A DNA stretch of 64,000 nt from Candidatus Krumholzibacteriota bacterium (GCA_963764625.1 CAVXTH010000009.1:608001-672000); one strand, 5' to 3'; shown: positions 21,957 through 33,308, numbered from the stretch's first letter. A program made the numbers and translations. The notes: generated by a model not told the origin, from the sequence alone.

Positions 21957-23159
21957 TCAATCGGTGCTGCGTTCACTCTCGGGCCTCCGGCCAAGTGGCC
22001 CATATAGCTTGCTAGGAAGTAGAGCAAGAAGACCTGGGTTTCGCGGCGTGTGCTTCTCATGGATCGAGTTTCCGCAATCTGGTTTCGCCAGTCGCATGAG
22101 GACGGGACGAACGTCCTTTGTCGACAGTTTTAGCTCAGCGATTCGGAAGCGGTCGGCGTCGACGTCATCCAGGAACTGGATGACTCCCTGCATGTAGACC
22201 TTCTGATCGTCGTACATGGCGAGATGACTTCCGTTGGGACACAGAAGGAAGCGTCCCTTCTGCACCTTATCCGCCATCATCTTCATGTACGCGGGATCCA
22301 TCGTGCCGTACTTCGCCCCGATCGTGAGCGTGGGCACCTCGATCTTGGGAAGGTCTGCGGTACGATCCCAGTTCACGAGTCTACCCGAAGCGCCCAGCTC
22401 GCTAGGCCCCTGCATCAGGACGTAGATCTTGGGATTGACGTGCGCGATGGCTCGGTTCGCTGGGTCGGGCCATTGATCCGCCCGCATGCGCAGAATGTGC
22501 TGCACATAGAAGTTCGGAACCAAAAGCCCCATGTATTGCGGATCGTCGTAACGACCTTCGGCTTCCAGCTGCTTGATCTGCGCGAGCGCGCTCGGGTCCA
22601 TGGAGGGCATCAGGACGGTTTGCGCGTAGTGATTGTAGGCGGGAATGCTCGCCATCATGTTCGAGATGATCAGCCCTTTCAGGTGCTGCTGGTATTTCAG
22701 GGCGTATTCGAGGGCGAGCAGCCCGCCCCAGGAATGACCGTAGAGGTAGAAGTCGTCCTTGTTCAGTCCGAGCGCCTGCCGGACCTGCTCGACCTCTTCG
22801 ACGAAGCGCGGAATGGTCCACAGATCGGGATCGTCCGGTTGGTCGCTGTAGAAGGAACCCAGCTGGTCGTAGTAGTAGTACTCGACTCCCGCGCCGGGAA
22901 AGTAGCTGTCGAAGGCCTCGAGATACTCGTGGGTCAAGCCCGGTCCGCCGTGCAGGAGCAGCACCTTGATGGTGGGGTTGTTGCCCACCCTCTTGGTCCA
23001 GACGTGGAACTCGCCCTTCGGGGTGCTGATGGGAATCATGCGCACGCCGCCGCTGAGCACGTCGTTCCGACCGGTGTTGTCGAAGTAGTCTCCTTTGATG
23101 AGGTGGCCGGAGCGGGGCTGAGCCGCGCCGGAGCAACAGAGAGGAAGGGTGGCAGCCAC
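21957..23159 (-). CDS. Proline iminopeptidase-family alpha/beta hydrolase (possibly degenerate)
   Basis: LHGGPG, YDQLGS, GHSWGG and GSH. The natural end is probably ...DVDADRF near 22143. Confidence 0.85.
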   Translation of the reverse strand: MAATLPLCCSGAAQPRSGHLIKGDYFDNTGRNDVLSGGVRMIPISTPKGEFHVWTKRVGNNPTIKVLLLHGGPGLTHEYLEAFDSYFPGAGVEYYYYDQLGSFYSDQPDDPDLWTIPRFVEEVEQVRQALGLNKDDFYLYGHSWGGLLALEYALKYQQHLKGLIISNMMASIPAYNHYAQTVLMPSMDPSALAQIKQLEAEGRYDDPQYMGLLVPNFYVQHILRMRADQWPDPANRAIAHVNPKIYVLMQGPSELGASGRLVNWDRTADLPKIEVPTLTIGAKYGTMDPAYMKMMADKVQKGRFLLCPNGSHLAMYDDQKVYMQGVIQFLDDVDADRFRIAELKLSTKDVRPVLMRLAKPDCGNSIHEKHTPRNPGLLALLPSKLYGPLGRRPESERSTD

Positions 23160-23190
23160 GTTACGGGAAGTCGCTTCACGAAGATCTCCT

Positions 23191-23787
23191 TCAATCGCGG
23201 GGGACGATGAGCGAGAGGGATGCTTCCAGTCGCGAATCTAGGCGGAGTCGCGCCATTTCCTCCAGCTTGAGCACGGTCCGCCAGTTTCGCGCGGTCACCG
23301 GGGAGCCCACGAAGCGCTCCAATACGGCGGGAGACAATTTCGATCCACCGGCGCCGTCTCTTGTAATGAATCCAGAGTGCATTCGCCGCTTGCCGAATGC
23401 GCTCACCATCTTTGGCGTAGGGCATCAGTCCCTTCACCGCATCTTTTTCGGCGGCTGTTTCGCGAGCACGAGCATCACCCGGTTGGGTTCCTTCTCGGTC
23501 TCGCGGGGGAAGGGATTGCCCTTCACATACTCTGACCAGTCTTTCGCGGGCCGAACCAGAACGCTTACCGAAACTCCAAAGCGCTCCTCGACAGCCGTCT
23601 CCAGAGCATCCTCCAGGCGGGTTCTGGTGGAAGGGGATTCGAAGACCAGGTTTCCGCTCTGGATGTACGATGCGACTCTCTTGAAACCCAGATCCTCGCA
23701 GAGGGCACGGAGCTCTTGCATGGGGATCTTGTTGTGGCCGCCCACGTTGATGCCACGGAGCAGGGCGATATAGCCTGGTCGGGGCAT
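23191..23787 (-). CDS. DUF1697 family protein (two frameshifts)
   Basis: ALLRGINVGGHNKIPM, YIQSGN and C-terminal TARNWRTVLKL, spread over three frames (shifts near 23445 and 23358). Confidence 0.8.
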
Positions 23788-23799
23788 CCGAACTCCTCC

Positions 23800-23875
23800 T
23801 TAGAGAATCTTCTGCCAGTAACCGACGTCGATCCACCTCTGAAACTTGAAGCCCACTTCGCGAATGTGGGCCCCG
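23800..23875 (-). pseudogene. C-terminal remnant of a Pat/YncA-like GNAT acetyltransferase
   Basis: AHIREVGFKFQRWIDVGYWQKIL* is the typical family C-terminus; the upstream part is missing. Confidence 0.6.
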
Positions 23876-24173
23876 TCCGTCGGGTGAAACGCCGCCGTTT
23901 CGTCGGGATCTCGATGCATGGATCGTCCCGCGGGTGAATTCCTACTCGAATCGCCAAGCTCGGGTCCATGGTCCCAGGAATCGAGCAATTCCGTCAACAC
24001 ACGCCTGTTCGGAATCCCGCCAGTGGGCAGGGGCGATGCCCTTTTCCCCTGTCCCGATCGCAGAACACCGGACAGTGCAAGGGAGGGAAGGTCCCGCGGG
24101 GAGCGGACCCGAATTTGTGCCCAAACTCTTGCTGAGATGGATCTTAGGGGAGCTCTTCACTCCTCGCGTGCGT

Positions 24174-24190
24174 TTGGCATCAGGTCTGCA
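24174..24190 (+). promoter_or_regulatory. sigma54 (-24/-12) promoter
   Basis: TTGGCATCAGGTCTGCA: GG-N10-GC in TGGCA/TGCA context. Predicted +1 is 24201. Confidence 0.6.
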
Positions 24191-24200
24191 GAGACGAGCC

Positions 24201-24292
24201 CATGAGCCCGGTTCCGTCGTGGGCTGTCTTCATCGTCCTTCTTCAATGGGAGGCGGGAAGGACGAAGGAGACAGCGGACGGCACCGGGCTCA
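24201..24292 (+). ncRNA. Candidate sigma54-dependent hairpin sRNA
   Basis: Imperfect stem of about 33 bp (TGAGCCCGGT/ACCGGGCTCA, CCGTC/GACGG, GCTGTCTTC/GGAGACAGC, TCGTCCTTC/GAAGGACGA) starting 2 nt after the predicted +1. Confidence 0.45.
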
Positions 24293-24301
24293 CGTCTTGA
24301 G

Positions 24302-26082
24302 CTAGGCGGGCACGCGATAGCTTCCGTGATCCAACAGGACTTGGGCGGCGGCGCGCGCGGCCGCGATGGTGTCGACCGGCGGGACCTTCGTGAAGCGTCG
24401 CAGGCCCACGAGCATCATGCCCAGCTCGTCCCCGTCTGCCACACGAGTCAATGCAGCGCGTCCCGCACGGCCCACGCGCTCGACCGCATCGCTCACGAGC
24501 ACGGTGACCAGCGCTTGCACCATCGGAATGCTCTTGCCCTTGGCCAGCATCTTCTGGGCGCGCAGTACCGCGCTTTCGAGCGCGTAGGTTTCCATGATCA
24601 TATCCGCGGCATGCACCAGGACTTCCTGCTCCTCCTGCAGTTTCGGTCCCAGCTTCTGTGCGGCAACTCCCGCCACGAGCAGCACCGCCTTCTTGAGTTT
24701 GGTCACCTGCGCGAGTTCGTCCGCAAACGCGCCCTTGATCGCTCTCCTCGGCAAGGGATGGGATGGACAGCAACTCGTCCTGAATGCCCTTGGCCGCCGC
24801 CAACAGGGGCAGCTCTCCTTTCATCGCTCGCTTGAGGATCATGCCTGGAATCAACATGCGGTTGATCTCGTTCGTGCCCTCGAAGATGCGGTTGATGCGC
24901 GAGTCGCGGTAGTAGCGCGCAGCGGGGTAGTCTTCCACGAAACCATAACCACCGTAGAGCTGCACCATCTCGTCGACGACGTAGTCCAATACTTCCGATG
25001 CGAATACCTTGATGATACTGCACTCGATGGAATAGTCGTCGATGGCACCAATGACCTTGCGATCGAAGTCTGGGGCCTTCTTGTCGAGCGCGCTGATGGC
25101 TTCATCGAAGAGACCCGCGGTGCGATAGACTGCGCTCTCGGCGGCGTAGATCCGCGCCGCCATGGTTCCCAATTTGTTCTGTGTGAGCGGGAATTCACTG
25201 AGGGCCTTGTTGAACTGCTTGCGTTCGCTCACGTAGGCGATGGTCTTCTCGATGGCCTCTTTGGCGGCGCCGGTCACGGCGGCGCCCAGTTTGAAACGCC
25301 CCACGTTGAGAATGTTGAACGCGATGATGTGTCCCTTGCCGATCTCGCCCAGGAGGTTGGACTTGGGAATGCGGGCGTCCTGCATCACGATGCTCGTGGT
25401 ACTGCTTCCCTTGATCCCCATCTTGTGTTCCTCGGCGCCCGCGCTCACGCCGGGAGTGTTCATGGGTACGATGAAGGCGGAGAACTGCTCGCCGTCCACT
25501 TTGGCGAAGACGATCACCACGTCGGCGAAACTGCCGTTGGTGATGTACATCTTCTCGCCGTTGAGAACCCACTCGTCGCCGTCGAGGTTCGCCGTGCTCT
25601 TGGCGGCTAGGGCATCGCTGCCGCTTCCCGCTTCGGTGAGAGCGTACGCGGTGATGATCTCACCGGTGGCGAGCTTGGGCAGCCATTCCTGTTTCTGTTC
25701 CGGGGTGCCGAAGTAGACGATGGGCAGGGTGCCGATTCCGGTTTGCGCTCCGTGCGCGACGGGAAAGCTACCTCCCGCCGCGATGGACTCGGCCACGACC
25801 ATGCTCTGCGTCTTGGGCGCGCCCAAACCGCCGAAGGCCTCGGGTACGTCCACGGCCAAGAGGCCGATCTCGCCCGCCTTCTTCAGGAGAGAGGGCATGA
25901 GCCCCTCCTCCTGCGCTTCCAGACGATCCATGAGGGGTAGAACTTCTTGGTTCACGAAATCGCGACAGGTCTGGGCCAAGAGCTGGGTCTCCTGGCTGAA
26001 GTCCTCGGGGGTTTGAACCTCGTCGAATGGTGTCTCTTCGATCAGGAAGCCCCCACCGCGGCGTATCGTTTTCTCGACTCAT
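24302..26082 (-). CDS. fadE: Acyl-CoA dehydrogenase, FadE-like (frameshifts near 26060 and 24740)
   Basis: [33 protein letters not shown] and [11 protein letters not shown]. The C-terminal EEQEVL domain is in the second frame. Confidence 0.88.
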
Positions 26083-26107
26083 TTCTCTAGCTCCTATGTC
26101 TGTGCTC

Positions 26108-27247
26108 TCAAGCGCGCTCGAACGCGGCGGCGGCGCCCATGCCGCCTCCAATGCAGAGAGTGGCGAGCCCCTTGTGCTCACCCTTGCGCTTCATGGCGTG
26201 CAGCAGAGTGCCCGCAATCCGCGCGCCACTCATGCCCAGAGGATGCCCCAGCGCGATGGCGCCTCCCTGGGGATTTGTCGTTTTGGGGTCTAAACCCAGC
26301 TCTCGGATCACGGCCAGGGACTGGGCCGCGAAGGCCTCGTTCAGTTCCACGCGCTCGACTTCGGCCAGTTCCCACCCCGCCATTGCCAGAGCCTTGGGCA
26401 CTGCCGTAACCGGCGCGATTCCCATGATCTCGGGATCGACTCCGGCCACCGCGTAGCTCGTCAGGTGGCCCAGAGGCTCTTCCTTCGAGTTCTTCAGCAC
26501 TCTCTCACTCACCACCAGGACCGCGCTTGCGCCGTCGGTCAAAGGGCTGCTGTTGCCCGGGGTGACGGTGCCGTCTTGAGCGAAGGAGGGTTTGAGGTGG
26601 GCCAGGATCTCCAGGCTCGTATCGGCGCTGGGGCACTCGTCGTGGTCCAGGATGAGCTCGCCCTCTACCGCATAGGGGACGCGCTCGTCGTCCCACAGAC
26701 CCTGCTTCTCGCTCGCGATGGTTCGCTGATGGCTTTGAAGCGCGAAGGCGTCCTGGTCCTCGCGGGAGATCGAGTAGCGCTTCACGAGCTTTTCCGCCGT
26801 CAGTCCCATCCCCAGGTAGTTTCCGGGACGATGCTCGGCGAGCCAGGGATTGGGGGAGAGCTTCAAGCCGCCCATGGGAATTCGGCTCATGCTCTCCACT
26901 CCGAAGGCGACGACGACTTCGGCCATTCCGCTCTCGATCTTGGCCACCGCGATGGCGAGGGCCTCCAGGCTCGAGGCACAGAAGCGATTCAGCGTCATCC
27001 CCGGAACGCTGTCGGGTAGTCCCGCGCGCTGCGCCACGATCCGTCCCAGATTCATCCCCTGCTCGGCCTCGGGCATCGCGGTGGCTCCGATGAGGTCGTC
27101 GATCGAAGCGGGGTCGAGTCCTTCGTGACGCGAAAGCAGGGCTTGCACCACCTGCGCCGCCAGATCGTCGGGGCGCACTTGGGCCAGTTTGCCCTTGTGC
27201 GCGCGCCCCATCGGCGATCGAAGTGCATCGAGGATGTGAGCTTTCAT
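26108..27247 (-). CDS. fadA: Acetyl-CoA C-acyltransferase (thiolase)
   Basis: NRFCASS, NEAFA, GHPLG and CIGGGMG; AGGAGG RBS. Confidence 0.92.
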   Translation of the reverse strand: MKAHILDALRSPMGRAHKGKLAQVRPDDLAAQVVQALLSRHEGLDPASIDDLIGATAMPEAEQGMNLGRIVAQRAGLPDSVPGMTLNRFCASSLEALAIAVAKIESGMAEVVVAFGVESMSRIPMGGLKLSPNPWLAEHRPGNYLGMGLTAEKLVKRYSISREDQDAFALQSHQRTIASEKQGLWDDERVPYAVEGELILDHDECPSADTSLEILAHLKPSFAQDGTVTPGNSSPLTDGASAVLVVSERVLKNSKEEPLGHLTSYAVAGVDPEIMGIAPVTAVPKALAMAGWELAEVERVELNEAFAAQSLAVIRELGLDPKTTNPQGGAIALGHPLGMSGARIAGTLLHAMKRKGEHKGLATLCIGGGMGAAAAFERA

Positions 27248-27264
27248 CTTCGTCCTCCTGAGAG

Positions 27265-29697
27265 CTAATTGCGCAGGGGCTTGCCCTTCTTGAGCATGAA
27301 CTGGATACGTTCCAGGGATTTCCTCTCGCCGCACAGCGAGAGGAAGGCCTCGCGCTCGAGATCGAGTAGATCTTGTTCACTGACGCGGGCGCCCGGCGCG
27401 ACCTCTCCGCCCGTGAGGATGCGAGCCAGTTTGCGGCCGATGAGCCGGTCGTGCTCGGAGATGTACCCGGCCGTGAGCATGTTGTAGAGCCCGACCTCCA
27501 AGAGAGCGCGCCCGTCCGCTCCGGAGACTGGGATGTCGTTGCGCGGCTGCGGTGCCACGTAACCCGCCTCGGCGAGAGCGATGGCCTCGGCCTTCGCTCC
27601 CGCGATGAGCCGGTCGGGGTTCATGGCCAGACTGTCGCTCGCGCGCAGGAATCCCAACTCACGGGCTTCCACCGCGCTGGTGGACACTTTGGCCATGCCG
27701 ATGGTTTCGAACGCGAGGCGCGCGGCTTCCATCGGATCGGCCTTGGGGCCCAGCCGCTCGAGCATGCGCAGATAGAATTCCTTGCAGCCGCCTCCGGCCG
27801 GAATGAGTCCCACTCCACCTTCCACCAGATCCCAGGTAGAGTTCGGCCGAGGCGTGGACGCGCGCACCGTGCAGGGTGTATTCGCAGCCACCGCCGAGCG
27901 TGAGCGCGAAGGGAGCGACGACCACCGGGCGCGGACACGTTTTCAGACTCATCGTCGTCCGCTGGAACTGGCGCACGATGAGATTGATCTCCTCGTACTC
28001 GCCTTCGACGGCCGCCATGAGAAGAAGGGCTAGATTGGCGCCGACCGAGAAGTTCTGTCCCTGATTTCCCACCACCACGCCGCGGAACTCTCTCTCGGCC
28101 CGCTCCACCGCCTGCGCGGTCATCTCCAGGATTTCCCCGCCGATGGAATTCATCTTCGAATGGAACTCGAGCCCGACCACTCCATCTCTGAGATCCCACA
28201 GGCTCGCGCCGCTATTCCCCGCGATCTTCTGGATGCCCTGGCTGGGCAGATGGAAGTCGATGACTCCGGGCAATTCACGCAGGGGCGTCAGGCCCTTGCC
28301 ATCGGGCGCGGCCACCGCATGGCCGCCGTCCTCGCGGGTGTGGTAGAAGCCCATCGCGCCCTGGGCGGCGAGTTCCTTTACCCACTGTGGGGCGGGGCGG
28401 CCGTCCTCTTCCATGCGCTGGATGACTTCGGAGAAGCCCATGGCGTCCCAGACCTGAAATGGCCCCAGCTGCCAGCCGAAGCCCCAGCACAGGGCGCGGT
28501 CGATCGAGGGCAGATCGTCGGCGATCTCCGCGGCTACTTCTGCCGCGTAGCGAAGGGTGTCCCGAAGTACGGCCCAGCAAAAGGCGGCGCCTTTTCCCTT
28601 CGCCTTGAACACTCCGCGCAATCGCTGGCGCAGATCATCGGTGCCCTTGAGCGCGTCGATCTCGGGAAAGTGCGCCTTCTTCCGATCGCGGTACTCCAAG
28701 CTCTCGAGGTCGAGAGTCTGAATCACCCGCTTGCCATCGACCTCGGTTTTCTGGAAGAAGCCCTTGCCGGTCTTCTCTCCGAGAAGGCCCTCGTCGACCA
28801 TACGTTTCAGTTGCGGAATGGGGGTGAAGGCATCGAGCTCGGGGTCGTCAGGCGCGCCCAGCTTGACGTTCTCCGCCACGTGCAAGAGAACGTCCAGCCC
28901 CACCAGGTCGGCGGTACGAAATGTCGCGCTCTTGGCGCGTCCCAAAAACGGTCCGGTGAGGGAATCCACGGCATCGACGTCGAGTTCATGATTCGAGCAT
29001 GAGCGACGCCGTTTGCATCATTCCGTAGCAGCCGATGCGATTGGCCACGAAGTTGGGGCGATCCTTTCGCGACCACGACCCCTTTCCCCAGACGCTCATC
29101 GGCGAATGCCGCGAGTTTCGCGACCAGCTCGGGATCGGTCTTCGGTCCCGGGATGATCTCGAGCAGGTGCATGTAACGTGGGGGGTTGAAGAAGTGGGTC
29201 CCCAAGAAGCGGCGCTGAAAACTCTCGCCGTGACCTGCGCAAAGAGAGGCGATGGGAATCCCGCTGGTGTTGGTAGAGATGATCGTCGTTTCGCCGGCGG
29301 CCGTTTCGACCTTGGACAACAACGACTGTTTGATGTCCAGGCGCTCCACCACCACTTCGATGACCCAGTCCATCTCCGCCAGTCGAGCTAGGTCATCCTC
29401 GAAGTTGCCGGCTTCGATGCGCGCGCTGAATGTGCGAGTGAAAAGTGGCGCGGGCCGGTGCTTGGCCAGCTGCGCGATGGCGTCCAACGCCAGCCGGTTG
29501 CGATGCTGGGGGCTTTGGGGATCCACTCCCGCCGCCGTCTCCTGCGGGCTCAATTCCTTGGGGGGGAGATCCAGGAGTAGCACTCTCAGCCCGGCGTTGG
29601 CCAGATGGGCGGCAATGGCCGCTCCCATCGTGCCCGCGCCCAACACCGCGACGCGGCGCAGAACGGGAACCCTCGACGAAGTTTCATTCTGAATCAC
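27265..29697 (-). CDS. fadN: 3-hydroxyacyl-CoA dehydrogenase/enoyl-CoA hydratase, FadN-like (three frameshifts)
   Basis: VLGAGTMG, GTHFFNPPRY, FSVGANL, LGGGCE and C-terminal GKPLRN. Single-base insertions near 29065, 28992 and 27830. Confidence 0.88.
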
Positions 29698-29830
29698 GGT
29701 TCACTCCTCGAAAGGACGGATTCGAGTCCCTTCCGAGCCGAAGTGGCGCAATCGGGCCCGTTTCCGCTCGGAATTGGCCTCTGATTCGCATGCAGGAATA
29801 GGGCCGAGTGTCATCTCTGGCGGCCAGTAC

Positions 29831-29844
29831 TGAATATATATTCA
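29831..29844. promoter_or_regulatory. Putative TetR/FadR operator palindrome
   Basis: Perfect palindrome TGAATATATATTCA in the divergent fadN-tetR intergenic region; resembles the Bacillus FadR box (TGAATGANTANTCA). Confidence 0.6.
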
Positions 29845-29881
29845 TTTTTGAGAAACTCTCAAGTGAGGGGAAGGGAGAGAG

Positions 29882-30499
29882 ATGGCGCCGCGGAACGACC
29901 AGCTTAGGGACGAGAAGAGGGAGACGATTCTGGACGGCGCGGTCCGCGTGATCGCGGCCAAGGGCTTTCACCGCACCCGGGTCAGCGAGGTGGCCAAGGC
30001 CGCCGGAGTCGCGGATGGCACTATCTACCTCTACTTCGAAGGCAAGGACGCCCTTCTGCGCGCGGTCTACGAGCGGGCCATGAATCGATTCCTCGAGAGA
30101 GGACTGCGCGCGCTGGCGGAAGAGGCGGGTGCCCGCGCCCAGCTGGAGCGCTTCATCCAGCTTCACCTGGAATGCGTCGGCGAGGATCGCGAGCTCGCCG
30201 CGGTGTTTCAGGTCGACCTGCGCAAGAGCATCCCCTTCCTGCAGGAGCTCAGCCTGGGTCTCATCCAGCGTTACCTGGATGCGCTGGCGACGATCCTCTA
30301 CCGCGGTCAACAGGAGGGCGTTTTTCTGGCCGACCTCCCGGCGCGGGAATTGGCGAAGATGGTCTTCGGGGTCCTGGACGAGTTGGCGACCAATTGGGTT
30401 CTGAGCGAGCGCAATTACCGTCTGGAGTCCTCGGCCGCCGATGCCATCACCTTCATCAGCCGGGCGCTCGGCGCAGAGGAACCTGAGCGGTCTGGTTGA
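29882..30499 (+). CDS. TetR family regulator, FadR(YsiA)-like
   Basis: HTH VAKAAGVADGTIYLYF; divergent from the fad operon. Confidence 0.9.
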   Translation: MAPRNDQLRDEKRETILDGAVRVIAAKGFHRTRVSEVAKAAGVADGTIYLYFEGKDALLRAVYERAMNRFLERGLRALAEEAGARAQLERFIQLHLECVGEDRELAAVFQVDLRKSIPFLQELSLGLIQRYLDALATILYRGQQEGVFLADLPARELAKMVFGVLDELATNWVLSERNYRLESSAADAITFISRALGAEEPERSG

Positions 30500-30542
30500 C
30501 TCTGGCTCGCCGCCGCGTGGCGCGCATGGTAGCCTCTTTCCC

Positions 30543-31631
30543 ATGCGGATCGTGGAACTGATCGACTCGGCCTCGCTCGGAGGAGCAGAGGAGAACACCG
30601 CGCTCATGGCCCGCGAACTCGCGCGCCTGGGCCACGAAGTCCTGCTCCTCTCGCCCGAGGGGCCGTTTTGCGATCGCTTCGATGCCCTGAACGGGGTGAC
30701 CAGTCAGCGCCTTCCCCTGCGGGCATCACTCGGTGCGGCGCGCAAGGCGCTTCGCAGCGCGCTCACGGAGTTTGCCCCCCAGCTCGTCCACAGCCACATG
30801 CTGCGCGCGGATACGCTCTTGGCCATGCAGGGTGCGAAGACGCCCTACCTGCGCTTCTGCAGCATCCACAACATGTTCGACCGAGAAGTTCCACAGCGAG
30901 TGCGGCGCGTCTTCTATCGCGCCCTGGCCGTGTGGAGCTATCGGCGCTTCGATGCGGTGCTGCCGGTCTCGCAGTACGTGCGCGACTATGCGCGCAGTTA
31001 CCTGCGCGTGAAGGCGGCGAGGATGCAAGTGATCCCCAACGGGATCGATGCGGAAGAATTCCGCCGTCGTTCCGCCGATGGTCTCGCCGTTCCTTCCAGT
31101 GCGGCCAAGGTCCTCTTGAGTGTCGGCCGGCTCGATCACAACAAGGGACAGGAGCTGGTGCTACAGGCCGCGGCGGCCCTCCGAAGAGACGAACTCGAGG
31201 TATGGCTGGCGGGAGTCGGACCCCGCGAGGCCTCCCTGCGCCGCTTGGCCGCTGATCTCGGGGTGCGCTGTCGCCTCCTGGGCCGCCGTGACGACGTGCC
31301 TGCCCTCATGGCGCGCGCGGATCTCGTGGTGCAGGCCTCACGTTGGGAGGCTCTGCCCAATACGGTGCTCGAGGCGCTCGCCCTCGGCCGACCGGTGGTG
31401 GCCACCCGCACCGGTGGGATCGTCGAAGTGGTGCATCCGGGAGAGACCGGTTGGTTGGCCGAGGTGGAGGATGTGACGGGACTGTGCGCGGCGATGGAGG
31501 AGGTCTTGAGCAATCCCGACGAGGCCGGGCGGCGCGGCGAGAAAGGACGGTCCCTGGTCGATGAGAGTTTCACCATCCAGACCGCGGTAGCGAGCCTGCT
31601 CTCCCATCCCCGCCTTCGAGATCTGGTGTAG
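30543..31631 (+). CDS. Glycosyltransferase family 4
   Basis: GGAE, VIPNGID, VGRL..NKG and EALPNTVLEA. Confidence 0.9.
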   Translation: MRIVELIDSASLGGAEENTALMARELARLGHEVLLLSPEGPFCDRFDALNGVTSQRLPLRASLGAARKALRSALTEFAPQLVHSHMLRADTLLAMQGAKTPYLRFCSIHNMFDREVPQRVRRVFYRALAVWSYRRFDAVLPVSQYVRDYARSYLRVKAARMQVIPNGIDAEEFRRRSADGLAVPSSAAKVLLSVGRLDHNKGQELVLQAAAALRRDELEVWLAGVGPREASLRRLAADLGVRCRLLGRRDDVPALMARADLVVQASRWEALPNTVLEALALGRPVVATRTGGIVEVVHPGETGWLAEVEDVTGLCAAMEEVLSNPDEAGRRGEKGRSLVDESFTIQTAVASLLSHPRLRDLV

Positions 31632-31679
31632 CCAACTCGCCGCGCGTTCGGCGAAGCGCTCGCCTCGTGAATGGCGAAA

Positions 31680-33068
31680 CTAGGGAGTCGGAGCGCTCGC
31701 GGCCTTTTGCACGAGTTGCCGCGCGGCCTCGCGATGGCGGGGAAGAAGCGCCGTGAGATCTTCGCTCAACACGGCCCCGTCTCGCACCACCAGCTCTCCA
31801 TTCACCACGACCATCTGCGCGCGGAGAGGGCCACAGAACAAAAGTGCTGCCACCGGATCGTGCGCGCCGCTCGTCGCGATTTCACGATCGAGATCGAAGA
31901 GCGCGAAGTCGGCCGCGGAACCCTTGCCGAGCCAACCCAGCTCTTCGCGCCCGAGGCAAGCCGCTCCTCCCAGGGTAGCCAACTCGAGGGCTTCCATGGC
32001 GGTCATGGCCGCGGCTCCGCTCTCCAGGCGGCGCAGATAGAGTGCCATCCGGGCCTCATTCAGCAAGTGTCCGGTGTCGTTGCTGGCGCTTCCATCCACT
32101 CCCAGTCCGACCGAGACCCCGGCGGCGCGGAGGGTGGGTACCGGACACACGCCCGACCCCAGGCGCATATTGGAGGTGGGACAATGCGCGATGCCGATTC
32201 CCGCCTTGCCCAGACGATCGATTTCGTGCTCGTCGAACCAGATGCCATGGGCCAACCAGACGTCGTCTCCGACCCACTCGACCTCTTCGAGGAAGTCCAG
32301 CGGACGACAGGAAAAATGCCGTAGGCAGAACCCGGTCTCATCCCGTGTCTCGGCCAGATGGGTGTGGAGGCGCACGCCTTCGGCGCGCGCCAGACGCGCG
32401 GTCTCGCGCATGAGGTCCCGGCTCACCGAGAACGGCGCGCACGGGGCCAGCCCCACCTGGTGCATCGAATAGCGCGCCGCGTCGTGCCAGCGCTGAATGA
32501 CGCGCTCGCTGTCGAGCAGGATCAGGCTCTCGTCCTGCGTACACGAACGGGGCGGCAGTCCTCCCTGCGTATCGTCCACGCTCATCGATCCGCGGGTTCC
32601 GTGAAACCGAATGCGCATCGCGGCCGCGGCGTGGAAGGTTGCATCCAAAAGATCGGGGGCGCCCGCACGCGGGAAGAGGTAATGGTGATCGCTGGTGGTG
32701 GTGCACCCCGAGAGCAGCAGCTCGGCGAAGCCCACGCGGGCGGCTAGATCCAGATTCTCCGGGGTGAACCCGGCCCAGATGGGATAGAGGGTGGTGAGCC
32801 ACTGGAAGAGTTCCGCGTCGGCGGCCGGTCCGAAGGCGCGGGTCAGATTCTGACAGAGATGATGGTGGACGTTCACCAGCCCCGGGATGACGACTCCGCC
32901 TCCCAGTTCGACGACCGTCTCCCCGGGCCGGGGGGTGGGCTCGCCCTCGCCCAGCTCCACCACCATGGGACCTTCGCTGCGGATCCAGGCATCCCGCAGG
33001 ACCCGCCGGGCCGGATCCATGCAGACCAGGGTGCCGATCCCCCGCCAGAGTGTGAAGTGCGCGGACAT
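31680..33068 (-). CDS. 8-oxoguanine deaminase-like amidohydrolase
   Basis: PGLVNVHHHLCQNLTRA, HTHLAET, HCPTSNMRLGSG and GVDGSASND. Confidence 0.88.
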   Translation of the reverse strand: MSAHFTLWRGIGTLVCMDPARRVLRDAWIRSEGPMVVELGEGEPTPRPGETVVELGGGVVIPGLVNVHHHLCQNLTRAFGPAADAELFQWLTTLYPIWAGFTPENLDLAARVGFAELLLSGCTTTSDHHYLFPRAGAPDLLDATFHAAAAMRIRFHGTRGSMSVDDTQGGLPPRSCTQDESLILLDSERVIQRWHDAARYSMHQVGLAPCAPFSVSRDLMRETARLARAEGVRLHTHLAETRDETGFCLRHFSCRPLDFLEEVEWVGDDVWLAHGIWFDEHEIDRLGKAGIGIAHCPTSNMRLGSGVCPVPTLRAAGVSVGLGVDGSASNDTGHLLNEARMALYLRRLESGAAAMTAMEALELATLGGAACLGREELGWLGKGSAADFALFDLDREIATSGAHDPVAALLFCGPLRAQMVVVNGELVVRDGAVLSEDLTALLPRHREAARQLVQKAASAPTP

Positions 33069-33161
33069 GGGCAGAGAGTAGCAGGAGCGCGGATTCTGAG
33101 AAAGTCTGCAAACGCGCCGAATTTCGGCCCAGAACAGGCTTTCACATCAAGTTTGTTGTCT

Positions 33162-33196
33162 CATTGTGTTGTGTTACAGCATTTCACAGCAAAATG
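33162..33196. promoter_or_regulatory. Candidate upstream activator site (bEBP enhancer)
   Basis: Inverted repeat CATTGTGTTGTG-N11-CACAGCAAAATG (10/12 match), centred about 157 nt upstream of the predicted sigma54 +1. Confidence 0.4.
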
Positions 33197-33308
33197 TCGA
33201 TCCCGAAGGTCCCTTGACCCATCAAAACTCCACTGGGTTGCCCGGAGAATTCTCCTGGAACTTCTTGTGTAGAAGGAAGTTAAAAAACCTGTCCGAAAGT
33301 GGCCGGAC

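Noticed and set aside
24740-29065. Programmed frameshifting in the fad genes
   Set aside because: No slippery heptamers; shifts are scattered, which fits sequencing error.
29775-29790. Weak GG-N10-GC motifs (also near 8085 and 35799)
   Set aside because: Poor TGGCA/TTGC context; frequent by chance at this GC content.
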